DNA of 63,841 nt from Minisyncoccota bacterium (GTDB taxonomy: Bacteria > Patescibacteriota > Minisyncoccia > Phycocordibacterales > JACOZG01), in NCBI GenBank assembly GCA_020057185.1, contig JAGVGK010000005.1:1-63841 (forward strand). Direction: 5' to 3'. This document shows, piece by piece, positions 48,791 through 58,266 of the stretch. The position numbers and the translations under genes were made by a program. Each line of letters starts with the position of its first letter. Within the stretch, counting starts at the first letter, position 1. The notes below the pieces were generated by a model. The model was not told the DNA's origin, did no database searches, and saw only the letters and a list, made by a program, of their open reading frames with translations.

Positions 48791-50014
48791 TCATTTATCT
48801 TGTAAGGCCTCCCGCGTATAATTGTTAGAGGGAGACCACAACATCCAACTGGTCAAACCGGAATCGTAGGTCGCTTGGATTTGGGCGCGGACCATGGGGG
48901 CGGTGTAAGTGGCGCCGAGATTGAAATCTTGAAGCCACGGGCGGAGTTTACCTCGACGCTGGCTAGGCTTGTCCAACACCGAGTGTTGGACAGTAGGTGT
49001 CGTTGAGGCGGCGGTTGTCGAAGCCAAGGCCGTTAAACGCTGAACCGCGTTCGTCATCGCATTCTTCACCACTTCGTAGGGATGAACGGCGGGCTTGGAA
49101 AAATTGAGATAACCAGAAGCGAAGTGTGATGGATAAACCATCGGCGCGATGTAATCGAAATAAGGCGCGGCATCTATCAACACTTGACCGATACCTAGAT
49201 CATCATTACTCGTCGTTACAAGGCCGAAAAGATCCGCCGAGATTGGCACTTCGAGCGGGGCGAGCTCTTGCGAGAGATAAACATAAAAACGCTTGAGTAC
49301 TTGAGTGCGCTTTTCTTTAGTTGCGTCGAAATATTGATAACTAATATCCTTCATATTGCCGTCGGAGGGAAAGCGAATGTAGTCAAAATTAATTTCATCG
49401 AAGCCAACGGCGTAGGCTTCTTTAGCAATTTTTATCACATAATCCCAAACCGATGGCGCCCCCGCTTCCAACCAACTAATCCCCTTCCGATCCTTCCACA
49501 CTTGGTTATCAGACTTGCGATGCACTGCCAATTCGGGATGCCGACTGACAAAATAAGCGTCCTGAAAAACGGAGATTCGGCCAATGACATAAATATTTTT
49601 CTGGTGTAAATCCCCAATCAAACTTTTAATATTCTTAATCCGTTCTTCCACTGCGCCGGTTTTAATCAAATCTGGATCCGTCACCGCGAATGCAATTCGA
49701 CCGGTGTAATCTTTAACATCAATCACGACGGCGTTGAGTTCGGTTTCGTCAATCAGTTTAATTAATCTGTCACGAATCCGCGGTGTGCCAGCCACCCAAC
49801 TAGTCATATAAATTGCCTTGACTGGTTCCGGCGTGGATAAGTGAGTAACCACTGGCTCAACCGGAATTGGCGTCGCTGGCGTCTCGGAACTCGTCGTCAC
49901 TTGATTAACCGCGGCATATTGAAGAGGCGCATCAAACAGCGGACGAATAAAAAAAACATAAACGCTTCCCATCACTAAAACCGCCAACAAAAGAGAAGCG
50001 ACATTACGAACCAT
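48791..50014 (-). CDS. Putative glycoside hydrolase (DUF4015-like)
   Basis: TM anchor, NAVVIDVKD, GFDEINFDYIRFP, PMVYPSH, RPWLQDF. Confidence 0.85.
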   Translation of the reverse strand: MVRNVASLLLAVLVMGSVYVFFIRPLFDAPLQYAAVNQVTTSSETPATPIPVEPVVTHLSTPEPVKAIYMTSWVAGTPRIRDRLIKLIDETELNAVVIDVKDYTGRIAFAVTDPDLIKTGAVEERIKNIKSLIGDLHQKNIYVIGRISVFQDAYFVSRHPELAVHRKSDNQVWKDRKGISWLEAGAPSVWDYVIKIAKEAYAVGFDEINFDYIRFPSDGNMKDISYQYFDATKEKRTQVLKRFYVYLSQELAPLEVPISADLFGLVTTSNDDLGIGQVLIDAAPYFDYIAPMVYPSHFASGYLNFSKPAVHPYEVVKNAMTNAVQRLTALASTTAASTTPTVQHSVLDKPSQRRGKLRPWLQDFNLGATYTAPMVRAQIQATYDSGLTSWMLWSPSNNYTREALQDK

Positions 50015-50180
50015 GGGGCTGACCGAAATTGCTACTCGCCAAAGCGAAAATAATAATCAAGAAACCGAGAATTACAAAAATAACCGTCTTGACCAACGCG
50101 GGGAAGCCGAGTAAGGCCACTAAAATAATTAGAAATCCGAGCAGAGCATTATTCGCATTAGCGGAGGTTGAGGAACGCAT
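50004..50180 (-). CDS. Small two-TM membrane protein (58 aa)
   Basis: MRSSTSANANNALLGFLIILVALLGFPALVKTVIFVILGFLIIIFALASSNFGQPHGS; overlaps both neighbours. Confidence 0.6.
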   Translation of the reverse strand: MRSSTSANANNALLGFLIILVALLGFPALVKTVIFVILGFLIIIFALASSNFGQPHGS

Positions 50181-51393
50181 GATTTAATGATACATCACCC
50201 GCGCCAAGATTCAAAATTAGATCGTGACGATCGACCTTGGCTAAACGCTTTTCCACTGCGAGGAAGTTCGGCACATAAACCGCCCGCGGGATCACGGTGG
50301 CCAAAATACGGCTAGAAATAGTTTTATCTTTGGGCTCGCGCGCGGCATAAATTGGCAAAATTAAAATTTCGTCGGCGTCGCCGAAACTCTCAGTAAATTC
50401 TTTAAATAAAAGTTTGGTGCGACTGTAGAGATGCGGTTGGAAAATAACAATGATCCGCCGACGCGGAAACTCTTCGCGCGCGGTGGCAAGCGTCGCCTTA
50501 ATTTCCGTCGGGTGATGCGCGTAGTCATCATAAATTAAAGCGCCCTTTTTAGTTTTACCCTTGTACTCAAACCGGCGCCAGGTCCCGCGAAACGAAGCGA
50601 GGGCTCGGCGCGCCAAACTTTCAGATATGCCAACCGTTTTCGCCACCGCGATCGCGGCTTGAGCATTGCGCTGATTGTGTTGACCCGGGACCAGAAGTTT
50701 AATCGGGAGTTTAATTTGGTGATACTCTTTTTCCGTGATTACTTTCCCGCTCCTCGGTACTTTACTCGCCAACTCGGCGAAGGCACTTTGGATATCCGCC
50801 AGATCGTGATAATAGTCGAGATGATCGGTGTCAATGTTGGTGATAACCAAAATCTGGGGCGACAAGTTCAAAAATGATCGGCGATATTCACACGCCTCCA
50901 CCACCAACGGCCCTTTTCCCGCGATAAAATTAGAACGATGTTTATCCGATCGTCGAAGTAAACTCCCGACAATCACCATCGGATCGCGTCGCGCGGTGAG
51001 GAGAATTTCCGCCACCATCGCGGTCGTCGTGGTCTTACCGTGCGTGCCGGCAATGGCGATGGTAAAAACCTGATGTGATAATTCACCCAACGCCTCCGGA
51101 TAACTCAAAACTTTTATTCCCAATTTACGCGCACGAGTGAGTTCGGGATGATTGGCCGGAATGGCAATGGTGTAAATTACTAAATTAATATCGGCAGTAA
51201 TATTCCCCGCTTTTTGTTTCAGAAAAATCTTAACTCCTAATTTCTCCAACTCCGTCGTAATTAGCGATGCCGTCCGATCCGAACCAGACACTTCATACCC
51301 ATCATTCAAATACTTCCGCGCCAACGCCGAGACGCCAATCCCGCCAATGCCGATAAAATAAACTTTTTGTTGACTGGACAAATTAATCGCCAT
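50158..51393 (-). CDS. murC: UDP-N-acetylmuramate--L-alanine ligase
   Basis: IGIGGIGVS, AGTHGKTTTT, DHLD, RRFE, DDYAHHPTEI, FQPHLYSRT, GAGD. Confidence 0.95.
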   Translation of the reverse strand: MAINLSSQQKVYFIGIGGIGVSALARKYLNDGYEVSGSDRTASLITTELEKLGVKIFLKQKAGNITADINLVIYTIAIPANHPELTRARKLGIKVLSYPEALGELSHQVFTIAIAGTHGKTTTTAMVAEILLTARRDPMVIVGSLLRRSDKHRSNFIAGKGPLVVEACEYRRSFLNLSPQILVITNIDTDHLDYYHDLADIQSAFAELASKVPRSGKVITEKEYHQIKLPIKLLVPGQHNQRNAQAAIAVAKTVGISESLARRALASFRGTWRRFEYKGKTKKGALIYDDYAHHPTEIKATLATAREEFPRRRIIVIFQPHLYSRTKLLFKEFTESFGDADEILILPIYAAREPKDKTISSRILATVIPRAVYVPNFLAVEKRLAKVDRHDLILNLGAGDVSLNHAFLNLR

Positions 51394-51453
51394 AGAGTAG
51401 AAATAGGATAGCATTGATCTGGTCTTTAACTCAAGACAAAAAAAAGGAGATAA

Positions 51454-52263
51454 GTGATGCCTGGATCTTGGTCAGCTTTTTATAAGCGTTTTGATGGCAA
51501 GGTGGAGATTCACTGTTTTGGCAAGCAAGCTGGCGATCTCAATGAAAATGAGATCTCTACTATTGCCCGCCAATTAGAAGTAAACATCGTTCTGTGCCCG
51601 GAAACTTACACTTTCAACGCCGAGGTCTGCGAACCGACCGAGCTTAGCCAACGAAAAAAAATTGGCGGGATCAAGATCTGCCGCGGGTGTCTGGCAGATG
51701 GCGTCGTTATCCCGCTCGGTCAAGCAGCCTGCCTACGGACTGCTGATTGTCCAACGATTGTGGCAAGACACGATTTTACTGGCGAGGTCATCGCCGCTCA
51801 TGCCGGCAGGGATTCATTGATTATCAATCAAGGTCGTTGGCGCGAGAATGGTGGACATAAACGATCACACGAAAGTGTGGTTGAAAAAATTTTCGAACGG
51901 CTAACAATGGTGGAAAGACGAATCAGTGATATTGAAGTTTTCAGTTGTGGTGGCGTGGGAGCGATTAACTTTCGGCATCCCAGTAACGACGAGAGACAAG
52001 GAGTAAATAATCATCTGCGTAGCCACTACATCGCCATGAGATATGGCAATGACTGTCTGCTTGGTGATGATTTAAGCCGACTAGAGACCGGGGCACTAGA
52101 CTTACATCGTCTGATTCGAAACCAGTGTTTAAAACTGCGTATTCCGGACGACAACATCCATTGTGATCAGGTAGATACCGCCAGAGATCGAGCAGAGTGG
52201 TTCAGCCGTCGTGGCGGCGATCCAGTCGGCCACAACACAATTTTAGTCATTCGTCGCACCTAA
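51454..52263 (+). CDS. pgeF: PgeF/YfiH (laccase-domain) family protein
   Basis: ADG, TADCPTI, AAHAGR, DL, FSRR motifs; SD AGGAG. Confidence 0.8.
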   Translation: MMPGSWSAFYKRFDGKVEIHCFGKQAGDLNENEISTIARQLEVNIVLCPETYTFNAEVCEPTELSQRKKIGGIKICRGCLADGVVIPLGQAACLRTADCPTIVARHDFTGEVIAAHAGRDSLIINQGRWRENGGHKRSHESVVEKIFERLTMVERRISDIEVFSCGGVGAINFRHPSNDERQGVNNHLRSHYIAMRYGNDCLLGDDLSRLETGALDLHRLIRNQCLKLRIPDDNIHCDQVDTARDRAEWFSRRGGDPVGHNTILVIRRT

Positions 52264-52270
52264 ACCAATT

Positions 52271-52307
52271 CCCCGCCTACATCTGCAAAGTTGTGGCGGG
52301 GATTTTT
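52271..52307 (+). terminator. Terminator between convergent pgeF and murD
   Basis: CCCCGCC...GGCGGGG stem followed by a T run. Confidence 0.65.
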
Positions 52308-53622
52308 ATTCCAATTTTTTCACCAGCTTTACAAACTGGGCACCACGGTCGTATTCATTTTTAAATCCGCCAGGTGGCGGACCAAAAGACGCAAACCCCG
52401 GACTTAAAAGTAAAATATCGCCAGTCTTAGCTATTGTTACCCCTAATTCAACCGCCTCTTTTAAATCCTCAACTTCTCTATACTTTAAATTTTTCATTTT
52501 GAGTTTTAAGTTCTTCGTCCCCGTTCCAGGCAATAAAATAATTTCTTTACAATATTTAGGTAAAGTTTTAATTAAAATATCTAACGGCAAATTTTTATCC
52601 GCGCCACCCATGATTAGAATAATATCTTTCTTTTCCCCGCCCAATGCTTCCAACGCCACCTTCAAAGCATCGGGAGTGGTGGAAGTGGTGTCGTTATAAA
52701 TCTTAATCCCCCGCCAAGTGCGGATGGGTTCCAAACGCCCAGCGACTCCAGTGAAATTCTCCACGGTCTGCTTAATCAGTTTTTCCGGAATCTCTAAAAT
52801 TCTAGCGACCGCGACCGCACAAGCCGCATTGATCCGGTTGTGCTCACCCAAGATTTTTAGCTTCCAACTTTTAGGCAACTCTTCAACCTTCTCTCCCCGC
52901 ACTAGATGATCTTCTGGCTTCTGATACTTAAAAATATTTTCTTTATCAGATAAATACTTTTTCATATCACCGTGGTAATAATTAAAGTGATCAGCCATAA
53001 AGTTAGTAAACACCGCAATATCTGGGCTGATTTTTAAATCGCCGAAACCTTGCAACTGCCACGAATCAAGTTCTAAGACCACCCAATCGCCCAATTTAAC
53101 TTTCGGCAACAACGCGAGTGTCGAAACACCCAAAATATTTCCGCCCAGCCACACCTTCCCAACCTGTTTTAAAATTTCATAAATCAAGCTCGTCACTGTC
53201 GTTTTGCCTCTTGTGCCGGTCACACCAATTATTTTCGCGCCCAATGATTGAGCAAATTTTACGAACAACGCCGTGCTCATCATCACCGGAATTTTATTTT
53301 TCTTAGCTTCGGCGATATAAGGCGAATCAAGTGGCACACCCGCAGCTTTGATAATCAAATCGCGGTGCTGAAAATCTTGAAGTCGGTGTTTACCCAGAAC
53401 ATAAGTAATAGCTTTTAGGTTATAGCTTCTAGCTTTTAGCTTCTTTAGCGAAGGAGACAAATCTTTGGCTGATTTCAAATCAGTCACAATAAGTTCAGCA
53501 CCACCTGCCTTGTCGGCAGACAGGCACTCCGCTAAAAACTTGGTATCCCCCACCCCGCGACCGAGAAGCCCGAGCCCCATCAGTGTAATTTTCTTCCCTC
53601 GAAAATAATCTCGATAATCCAT
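52306..53622 (-). CDS. murD: UDP-N-acetylmuramoyl-L-alanine--D-glutamate ligase
   Basis: GLGLLG, TGTRGKTT, GGNI, ELDSWQL, YNDT, GG.DK, LSPGFASF. Confidence 0.93.
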   Translation of the reverse strand: MDYRDYFRGKKITLMGLGLLGRGVGDTKFLAECLSADKAGGAELIVTDLKSAKDLSPSLKKLKARSYNLKAITYVLGKHRLQDFQHRDLIIKAAGVPLDSPYIAEAKKNKIPVMMSTALFVKFAQSLGAKIIGVTGTRGKTTVTSLIYEILKQVGKVWLGGNILGVSTLALLPKVKLGDWVVLELDSWQLQGFGDLKISPDIAVFTNFMADHFNYYHGDMKKYLSDKENIFKYQKPEDHLVRGEKVEELPKSWKLKILGEHNRINAACAVAVARILEIPEKLIKQTVENFTGVAGRLEPIRTWRGIKIYNDTTSTTPDALKVALEALGGEKKDIILIMGGADKNLPLDILIKTLPKYCKEIILLPGTGTKNLKLKMKNLKYREVEDLKEAVELGVTIAKTGDILLLSPGFASFGPPPGGFKNEYDRGAQFVKLVKKLE

Positions 53623-53649
53623 ATCACTAATCTAACCACGATCGGAAAC

Positions 53650-53680
53650 AAAACAAAAGCCCGTCAACAAAATGACGGGC
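53650..53680 (-). terminator. Intrinsic terminator
   Basis: GCCCGTCA/TGACGGGC stem followed by TTTTGTTTT on the minus strand. Confidence 0.65.
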
Positions 53681-53709
53681 AAAATATGTTTTTACGGTGG
53701 CGACAACAA

Positions 53710-53982
53710 TCAGGTGGTGCTAATCGTAAGAACTGGAATCTGATCATAAACGGCTAGACCAGGCTTTCGGGCAATCCTGCTGAGTGATTCTCTCAATCGA
53801 ACAGCATTGACAACGCCATCCTCGACCGAGTCAATTATTGCTGCCATCACTAGCCGGGTTAACCTAAAATTAGATGGCAAGACACTATCACTAGAGAAAC
53901 AGTCTAACTCCACACTACCGGGCAAAATCTCACTGATAATTGCCACCGCACTTTTACTCTTACTTTTCATCTTGGCCTCCAT
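53710..53982 (-). CDS. Hypothetical protein
   Basis: 90-aa ORF filling the gap, followed by a terminator. Confidence 0.5.
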   Translation of the reverse strand: MEAKMKSKSKSAVAIISEILPGSVELDCFSSDSVLPSNFRLTRLVMAAIIDSVEDGVVNAVRLRESLSRIARKPGLAVYDQIPVLTISTT

Positions 53983-54048
53983 TCCATTACCTAAACCCGT
54001 AAAGACCTAACACCACCAACGCGATGGCATTCTCCAACGACCATAGCA

Positions 54049-55788
54049 TTAATCCACTATTTTTTCAATATCCACAATTTCTTTGCGAACATAATTCTCC
54101 ACATCGTTGAGGCTTTGTTTCAAACTCTCGGCAATCGCCGATTCCTCTTTCGTCAGCACGCGATTGGCCTTCGCCTTCTCGAGCAACGCCAATTGGTCGC
54201 GGGATTTCTCGCGCAAGAAATCGAAACTCTTATGCAACGCCTCAGTCGCTTCACGCGACTCTCGGCGCACCGCTTGTTTGATTCGTCGCAAGCGATAATA
54301 ACTCCACAAAATAATAAAGATCAGGAAAATAATCAAGACGAGAATTGGGACAATTAGCGAGAGCCAACGGAGAAGATTATTTGCCCATTGCCACAACGCC
54401 GGCAGATAAAGTGTGAGCACCACGGCTTCGGACGGCGCACTCTCGGCACCGCGATTATCTTTAACCATCGCCGTGGCGGTATAAACTCCCGCCGGCCACT
54501 TCTCATCCGATGAAATCACAAACTTCCCAGCTTGATCAGCCCGAGACTCGCGCGTCGTCTCACTGCCATCGGGATGTTTGAAACTAACTGTCACTAATCC
54601 GCCAGCTAACGCTTCACCGCGCAAAGTAATTATTTCACCCGTGGCAATCTCGCGCGGATAGTCAAGAATTTTGGGCGCCGGCAGTGGCGCGATTGAGAAA
54701 TTAACCGAACCCGCTAATTCATTTCCCGCCCGATCATAAACCTTAACGAGCAGGGTGTGCTCGCCCGACTTCATCACCGGTGTGATAAACCGATGATCGG
54801 CGTTATCTGGCCAGATAATTGCCGGCGCGCCATCCACCGAGATTTCATAGCGGTCAAGACCAGAGCCTTGATCCGTCGCGGTGATGGTGAAAGCGACCAC
54901 CGGATCCGTCGCATCCAATCGCTCGATTGGAATAATCTGGAGATCCGTCGGCGGAACCGTATCAATATTGAAACCAAAATGAGTAATATCGCCCCAACCG
55001 CCGGCATTTCGCAAACGGAGATGGAAATACCAAGCTCCATCCTTCACCGCTTTTTTATAACTATAAGTTGAAAAACGCCCGTCGCTCGCCGTGCCCGGGT
55101 TGGTTGACGGCGAGTGATCGGCGAGAATATTAACGCCGGTAATATCCGAAGCTAATTCCCATTCGAAAATCGGATCCGAATTGTTGTACCACAACGCAGG
55201 ATCGGGATGCGTGGTGGAAGTCACTTGTGGCGCGCCGGGCGCGCCGATCACCGTCGTCGCCGTCGTCGCTTCTTTGGCTGGCGATTCTAGTTTAACCGGC
55301 ACAATTCCGTAGTTGGCGTTAGCGAGTCCACTCAAGATATTAGTCCCTTGTCCGTCATTAGCGAGAACCGATCCTTCGCTGAAAGTGAGCTTCGCCGAAC
55401 CAATAATTTTGGGTTGGAAAGTAATGCTCAATACTTTTTTCCCTGTACCAGAAAAACCTGGGTTGGGAACCACCCCTTCAAATTTAATTTGCCCCGTCGC
55501 GTTGGAATAACTTGGTTCACTCACCCAATAAGTGATGACTGAATTATTTTTACTCAAACTAACCACTTCCAAACGATCGGTTGGAAAAGTAACCAGCCCA
55601 GACAAAGCGTTCGCTGTTTTGTCCGAACTCGTAACCACCACCGTCGTCGTGAAAGGCACGCCCACTGTATAAGTGCCGGTCGCGGGCGTGAGCGAGAGTG
55701 TCGCGCCGAGAACCGGTGTCGCTAGACCTAAGAAGAGGACGACCGCGACGATCGAGATAATTTTCGAATAATAAATCTTGCGCCCCAT
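54049..55788 (-). CDS. Membrane-anchored surface protein with cohesin-like and Ig-like domains
   Basis: Signal peptide, cohesin-like ...VLANDGQGTN, SSTHP-type and DT.PP Ig repeats, C-terminal TM and coiled coil. Confidence 0.75.
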   Translation of the reverse strand: MGRKIYYSKIISIVAVVLFLGLATPVLGATLSLTPATGTYTVGVPFTTTVVVTSSDKTANALSGLVTFPTDRLEVVSLSKNNSVITYWVSEPSYSNATGQIKFEGVVPNPGFSGTGKKVLSITFQPKIIGSAKLTFSEGSVLANDGQGTNILSGLANANYGIVPVKLESPAKEATTATTVIGAPGAPQVTSTTHPDPALWYNNSDPIFEWELASDITGVNILADHSPSTNPGTASDGRFSTYSYKKAVKDGAWYFHLRLRNAGGWGDITHFGFNIDTVPPTDLQIIPIERLDATDPVVAFTITATDQGSGLDRYEISVDGAPAIIWPDNADHRFITPVMKSGEHTLLVKVYDRAGNELAGSVNFSIAPLPAPKILDYPREIATGEIITLRGEALAGGLVTVSFKHPDGSETTRESRADQAGKFVISSDEKWPAGVYTATAMVKDNRGAESAPSEAVVLTLYLPALWQWANNLLRWLSLIVPILVLIIFLIFIILWSYYRLRRIKQAVRRESREATEALHKSFDFLREKSRDQLALLEKAKANRVLTKEESAIAESLKQSLNDVENYVRKEIVDIEKIVD

Positions 55789-56480
55789 AAAATAAATACT
55801 CCTACTATTATAGCGCCAATTAGATAATAAAGGGGATCAAGGGGTGGGGAAAAAGCCCTAACCACTCGTTCGTTGCCAACCAGATCAACCGCCTTCACTT
55901 CAATCCGTTGGTCGAGCTTCTGATTGATGATTAAATATGGGCTTTCGTTTTTTTGCCAAATGCAACTGGCAAACTTGGAATCACCTGCTTTTTTTTCGCA
56001 CACTTCATAATGGCTAATTCCTGATTGTTTATCTTGCGCACTGAAAACTAAAAACTTCTGACCATTGAAAAGAGTTGGATCACTGCTAATCAGCGGTGTG
56101 AATTCTTCCGGCGGAATTCGATCAGTGATTATTTGATCGGCGATCGGCGTGACCGTCACATAAAATTTAGCCGTAACCATTGTCCCTTGACCATCATTGG
56201 CTAAAACTTTCAATTTCGAGAAATCAAATTTTGGCACCGGCACGGATTCGGGTAAAATTAAACTAATCAACTCGATTGGTTGACCTTGATAACCGCCGGG
56301 AATAATCCCCGCGAGCGAGAGATGGCCGGCTTCCAGACTCGGTGCTTCCATCCAAAATTTAACCACCGAATTGGCACTGGCGATTGAGATCACTTCGACC
56401 CCTTGAGGAATTATAATTTCCCCACCAATAGCGTTGATTGATTGAGGTCCTGGATCAATGGAAATTATAATGTTTTGCAT
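55728..56480 (-). CDS. Cohesin-like domain protein with C-terminal TM
   Basis: INAIGG, GIIPGG, VLANDGQGT, DKQSGISHYEV, KAVDLVGN. Confidence 0.7.
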   Translation of the reverse strand: MQNIIISIDPGPQSINAIGGEIIIPQGVEVISIASANSVVKFWMEAPSLEAGHLSLAGIIPGGYQGQPIELISLILPESVPVPKFDFSKLKVLANDGQGTMVTAKFYVTVTPIADQIITDRIPPEEFTPLISSDPTLFNGQKFLVFSAQDKQSGISHYEVCEKKAGDSKFASCIWQKNESPYLIINQKLDQRIEVKAVDLVGNERVVRAFSPPLDPLYYLIGAIIVGVFILWGARFIIRKLSRSSRSSSS

Positions 56481-56504
56481 TTTACGTTTTTAGTTTTAAG
56501 TTTT

Positions 56505-57839
56505 CTACCCCGTCCAATAATAGGCCATAATACTGAAGTCGACCAAATCAACCTTGCCGTCGCCACTCAAAATCGCTTTTTCTCGCGGAATAAAGTCGGC
56601 AGTCAATGGTCGGTGATACCAATAAGCGGCAATCGAAAAATCAATCAGATTAACGCGACAATCACTGTTGAGATCACCGCGCAACGGGCAACCTTGGTTT
56701 GGTTCAGCCAAAACTGTCGTGGTGCCAACGCGAAAATTGACCACCGCGCCAAATGGACTAATCTCGTTCAGCACCGTGGATTTCGATTTCGTGGTGTGAT
56801 CGCCCTTCTCAATCAGCGTGGTGTCGAAATTATAAAGATAGAGACCGCCGACACCGGCTAAGGTTCTGACAAAAATTTCTTGATTGGAATTGACCGCAAT
56901 CGTCACCGTGCTACTGCCGACCGTCTGACCGAAAATCGCAATGTTATCGCCGTGCGCCACTTCCCGTTTATCCACATCGATCGTCGGTGACAAGAAGATC
57001 CCACTGATATTCGTCATCGCGCCCTTGGTTAGGTAAACCGGAAAAGTGAAAAGCGTCGACCGACGACCTTGATTATCTTCACCATAAACCGCGAAGAGAT
57101 ATTCTCCCGCGGATAAACCAGTCAGCGCGACGGCAAATTTCGCATCCGGACCGGCAATCGTGGTAATCGCAATTTGTCCATCTTTGAGAATTGTCACTTT
57201 GCTTAAAGGATAACCGTAGCCCGAGAGATTAACGCCAGTCGCCGTCACGGTTTCTCCTCCTCCACCACCACCCCCTCCTCCGCCACCACCACCCGAAGAT
57301 ACTGGCGTTGCCGACACTTCGCTCGAAGTGGCAATGGTATTGCTCAACGCATCTTCCGGCCGAATCACAAAATAATACGGCGTACCATTAGTCAAACTAC
57401 TGCGCGTCGTAGAAGTGACATTGCCTAAACTGGTATAACTATATGGCCCGCCGGCGACCGTGGCTTGACCAACATTGTATCCGCCCACCGTCCAACCGAG
57501 CGACGCCGTCACCGCCGACCATGAGAGCGCCACCGATCCGTCGCCGGCGGTCGCCGAGACCACCGGCGTCGCGACGACTGGAAAAAAGAGCCAGGCGCTT
57601 TGCAGACCGAAACCGATCGCCGTGCTGGTACCTAAACCCATCTCGCCGAGCGAGCCGAAAAGTTGGAAATCAGTGGAAGTCGAAAACTGCGCCGGCGCCA
57701 ACACCGGATCAAGGACGCGAAAACTTGATGAAGTGTATTCATCAGCTTGCGCCAAAGAAACAATGCCAAGCACTGCCACTAAATAAAACAGAGCCAGAAA
57801 CTTTTTATTGGAGTTTGTTATCGGTTTTATACTTCTCAA
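56505..57839 (-). CDS. Secreted FN3/Ig protein with C-terminal dockerin-like domain
   Basis: Signal peptide, FN3-like segment, poly-Gly linker, duplicated GDLNSDCRVNLIDFSI / GDGKVDLVDFSI. Confidence 0.8.
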   Translation of the reverse strand: MRSIKPITNSNKKFLALFYLVAVLGIVSLAQADEYTSSSFRVLDPVLAPAQFSTSTDFQLFGSLGEMGLGTSTAIGFGLQSAWLFFPVVATPVVSATAGDGSVALSWSAVTASLGWTVGGYNVGQATVAGGPYSYTSLGNVTSTTRSSLTNGTPYYFVIRPEDALSNTIATSSEVSATPVSSGGGGGGGGGGGGGETVTATGVNLSGYGYPLSKVTILKDGQIAITTIAGPDAKFAVALTGLSAGEYLFAVYGEDNQGRRSTLFTFPVYLTKGAMTNISGIFLSPTIDVDKREVAHGDNIAIFGQTVGSSTVTIAVNSNQEIFVRTLAGVGGLYLYNFDTTLIEKGDHTTKSKSTVLNEISPFGAVVNFRVGTTTVLAEPNQGCPLRGDLNSDCRVNLIDFSIAAYWYHRPLTADFIPREKAILSGDGKVDLVDFSIMAYYWTG

Positions 57840-58257
57840 TGCCCTTAACCACTTGCGAATCGGCCTTTAGACTTTCAATGAAAAGAATTTGGTCACGATT
57901 AATTTCCATCCGATCAGCCGGCCCATGTAATTCCGAACCGAGCTTAATTAAACTAACATTCGGATTGGGTTGACTGGGCTGAAGTGGCTGACTGACTTGA
58001 AGATAGAAAATGTCGGTCAAAATAGCATAATTGTCATTTCGTTCCGCCAATTTACCGAAATAAACTTGATTGTTGGTGAGAAAAACCGCTTGGTAATCCG
58101 CCGACGCACTAGTAAACAAACTTGCGCCTTTCTGACCACCAAACAATTTCCAACCGAGAACCACCGCGATCACAATCAAGATGATAACAATCCAAAAAGA
58201 AATAGCAGACTTTTTTCGGGGCGCTAACTCTTCAAAATTATTCGTAGCTTTTTCCAT
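57805..58257 (-). CDS. Conserved CPR-type membrane-anchored protein
   Basis: One TM helix, YQAVFLTNNQVYFGKL, LIKLGSELHGP. Confidence 0.75.
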   Translation of the reverse strand: MEKATNNFEELAPRKKSAISFWIVIILIVIAVVLGWKLFGGQKGASLFTSASADYQAVFLTNNQVYFGKLAERNDNYAILTDIFYLQVSQPLQPSQPNPNVSLIKLGSELHGPADRMEINRDQILFIESLKADSQVVKGIEKYKTDNKLQ

Positions 58258-58266
58258 ATATATTAA

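Noticed and set aside
42443..53443. CRISPR array
   Set aside because: The repeats are 7-bp tandems without spacers, or dispersed singletons; no cas genes
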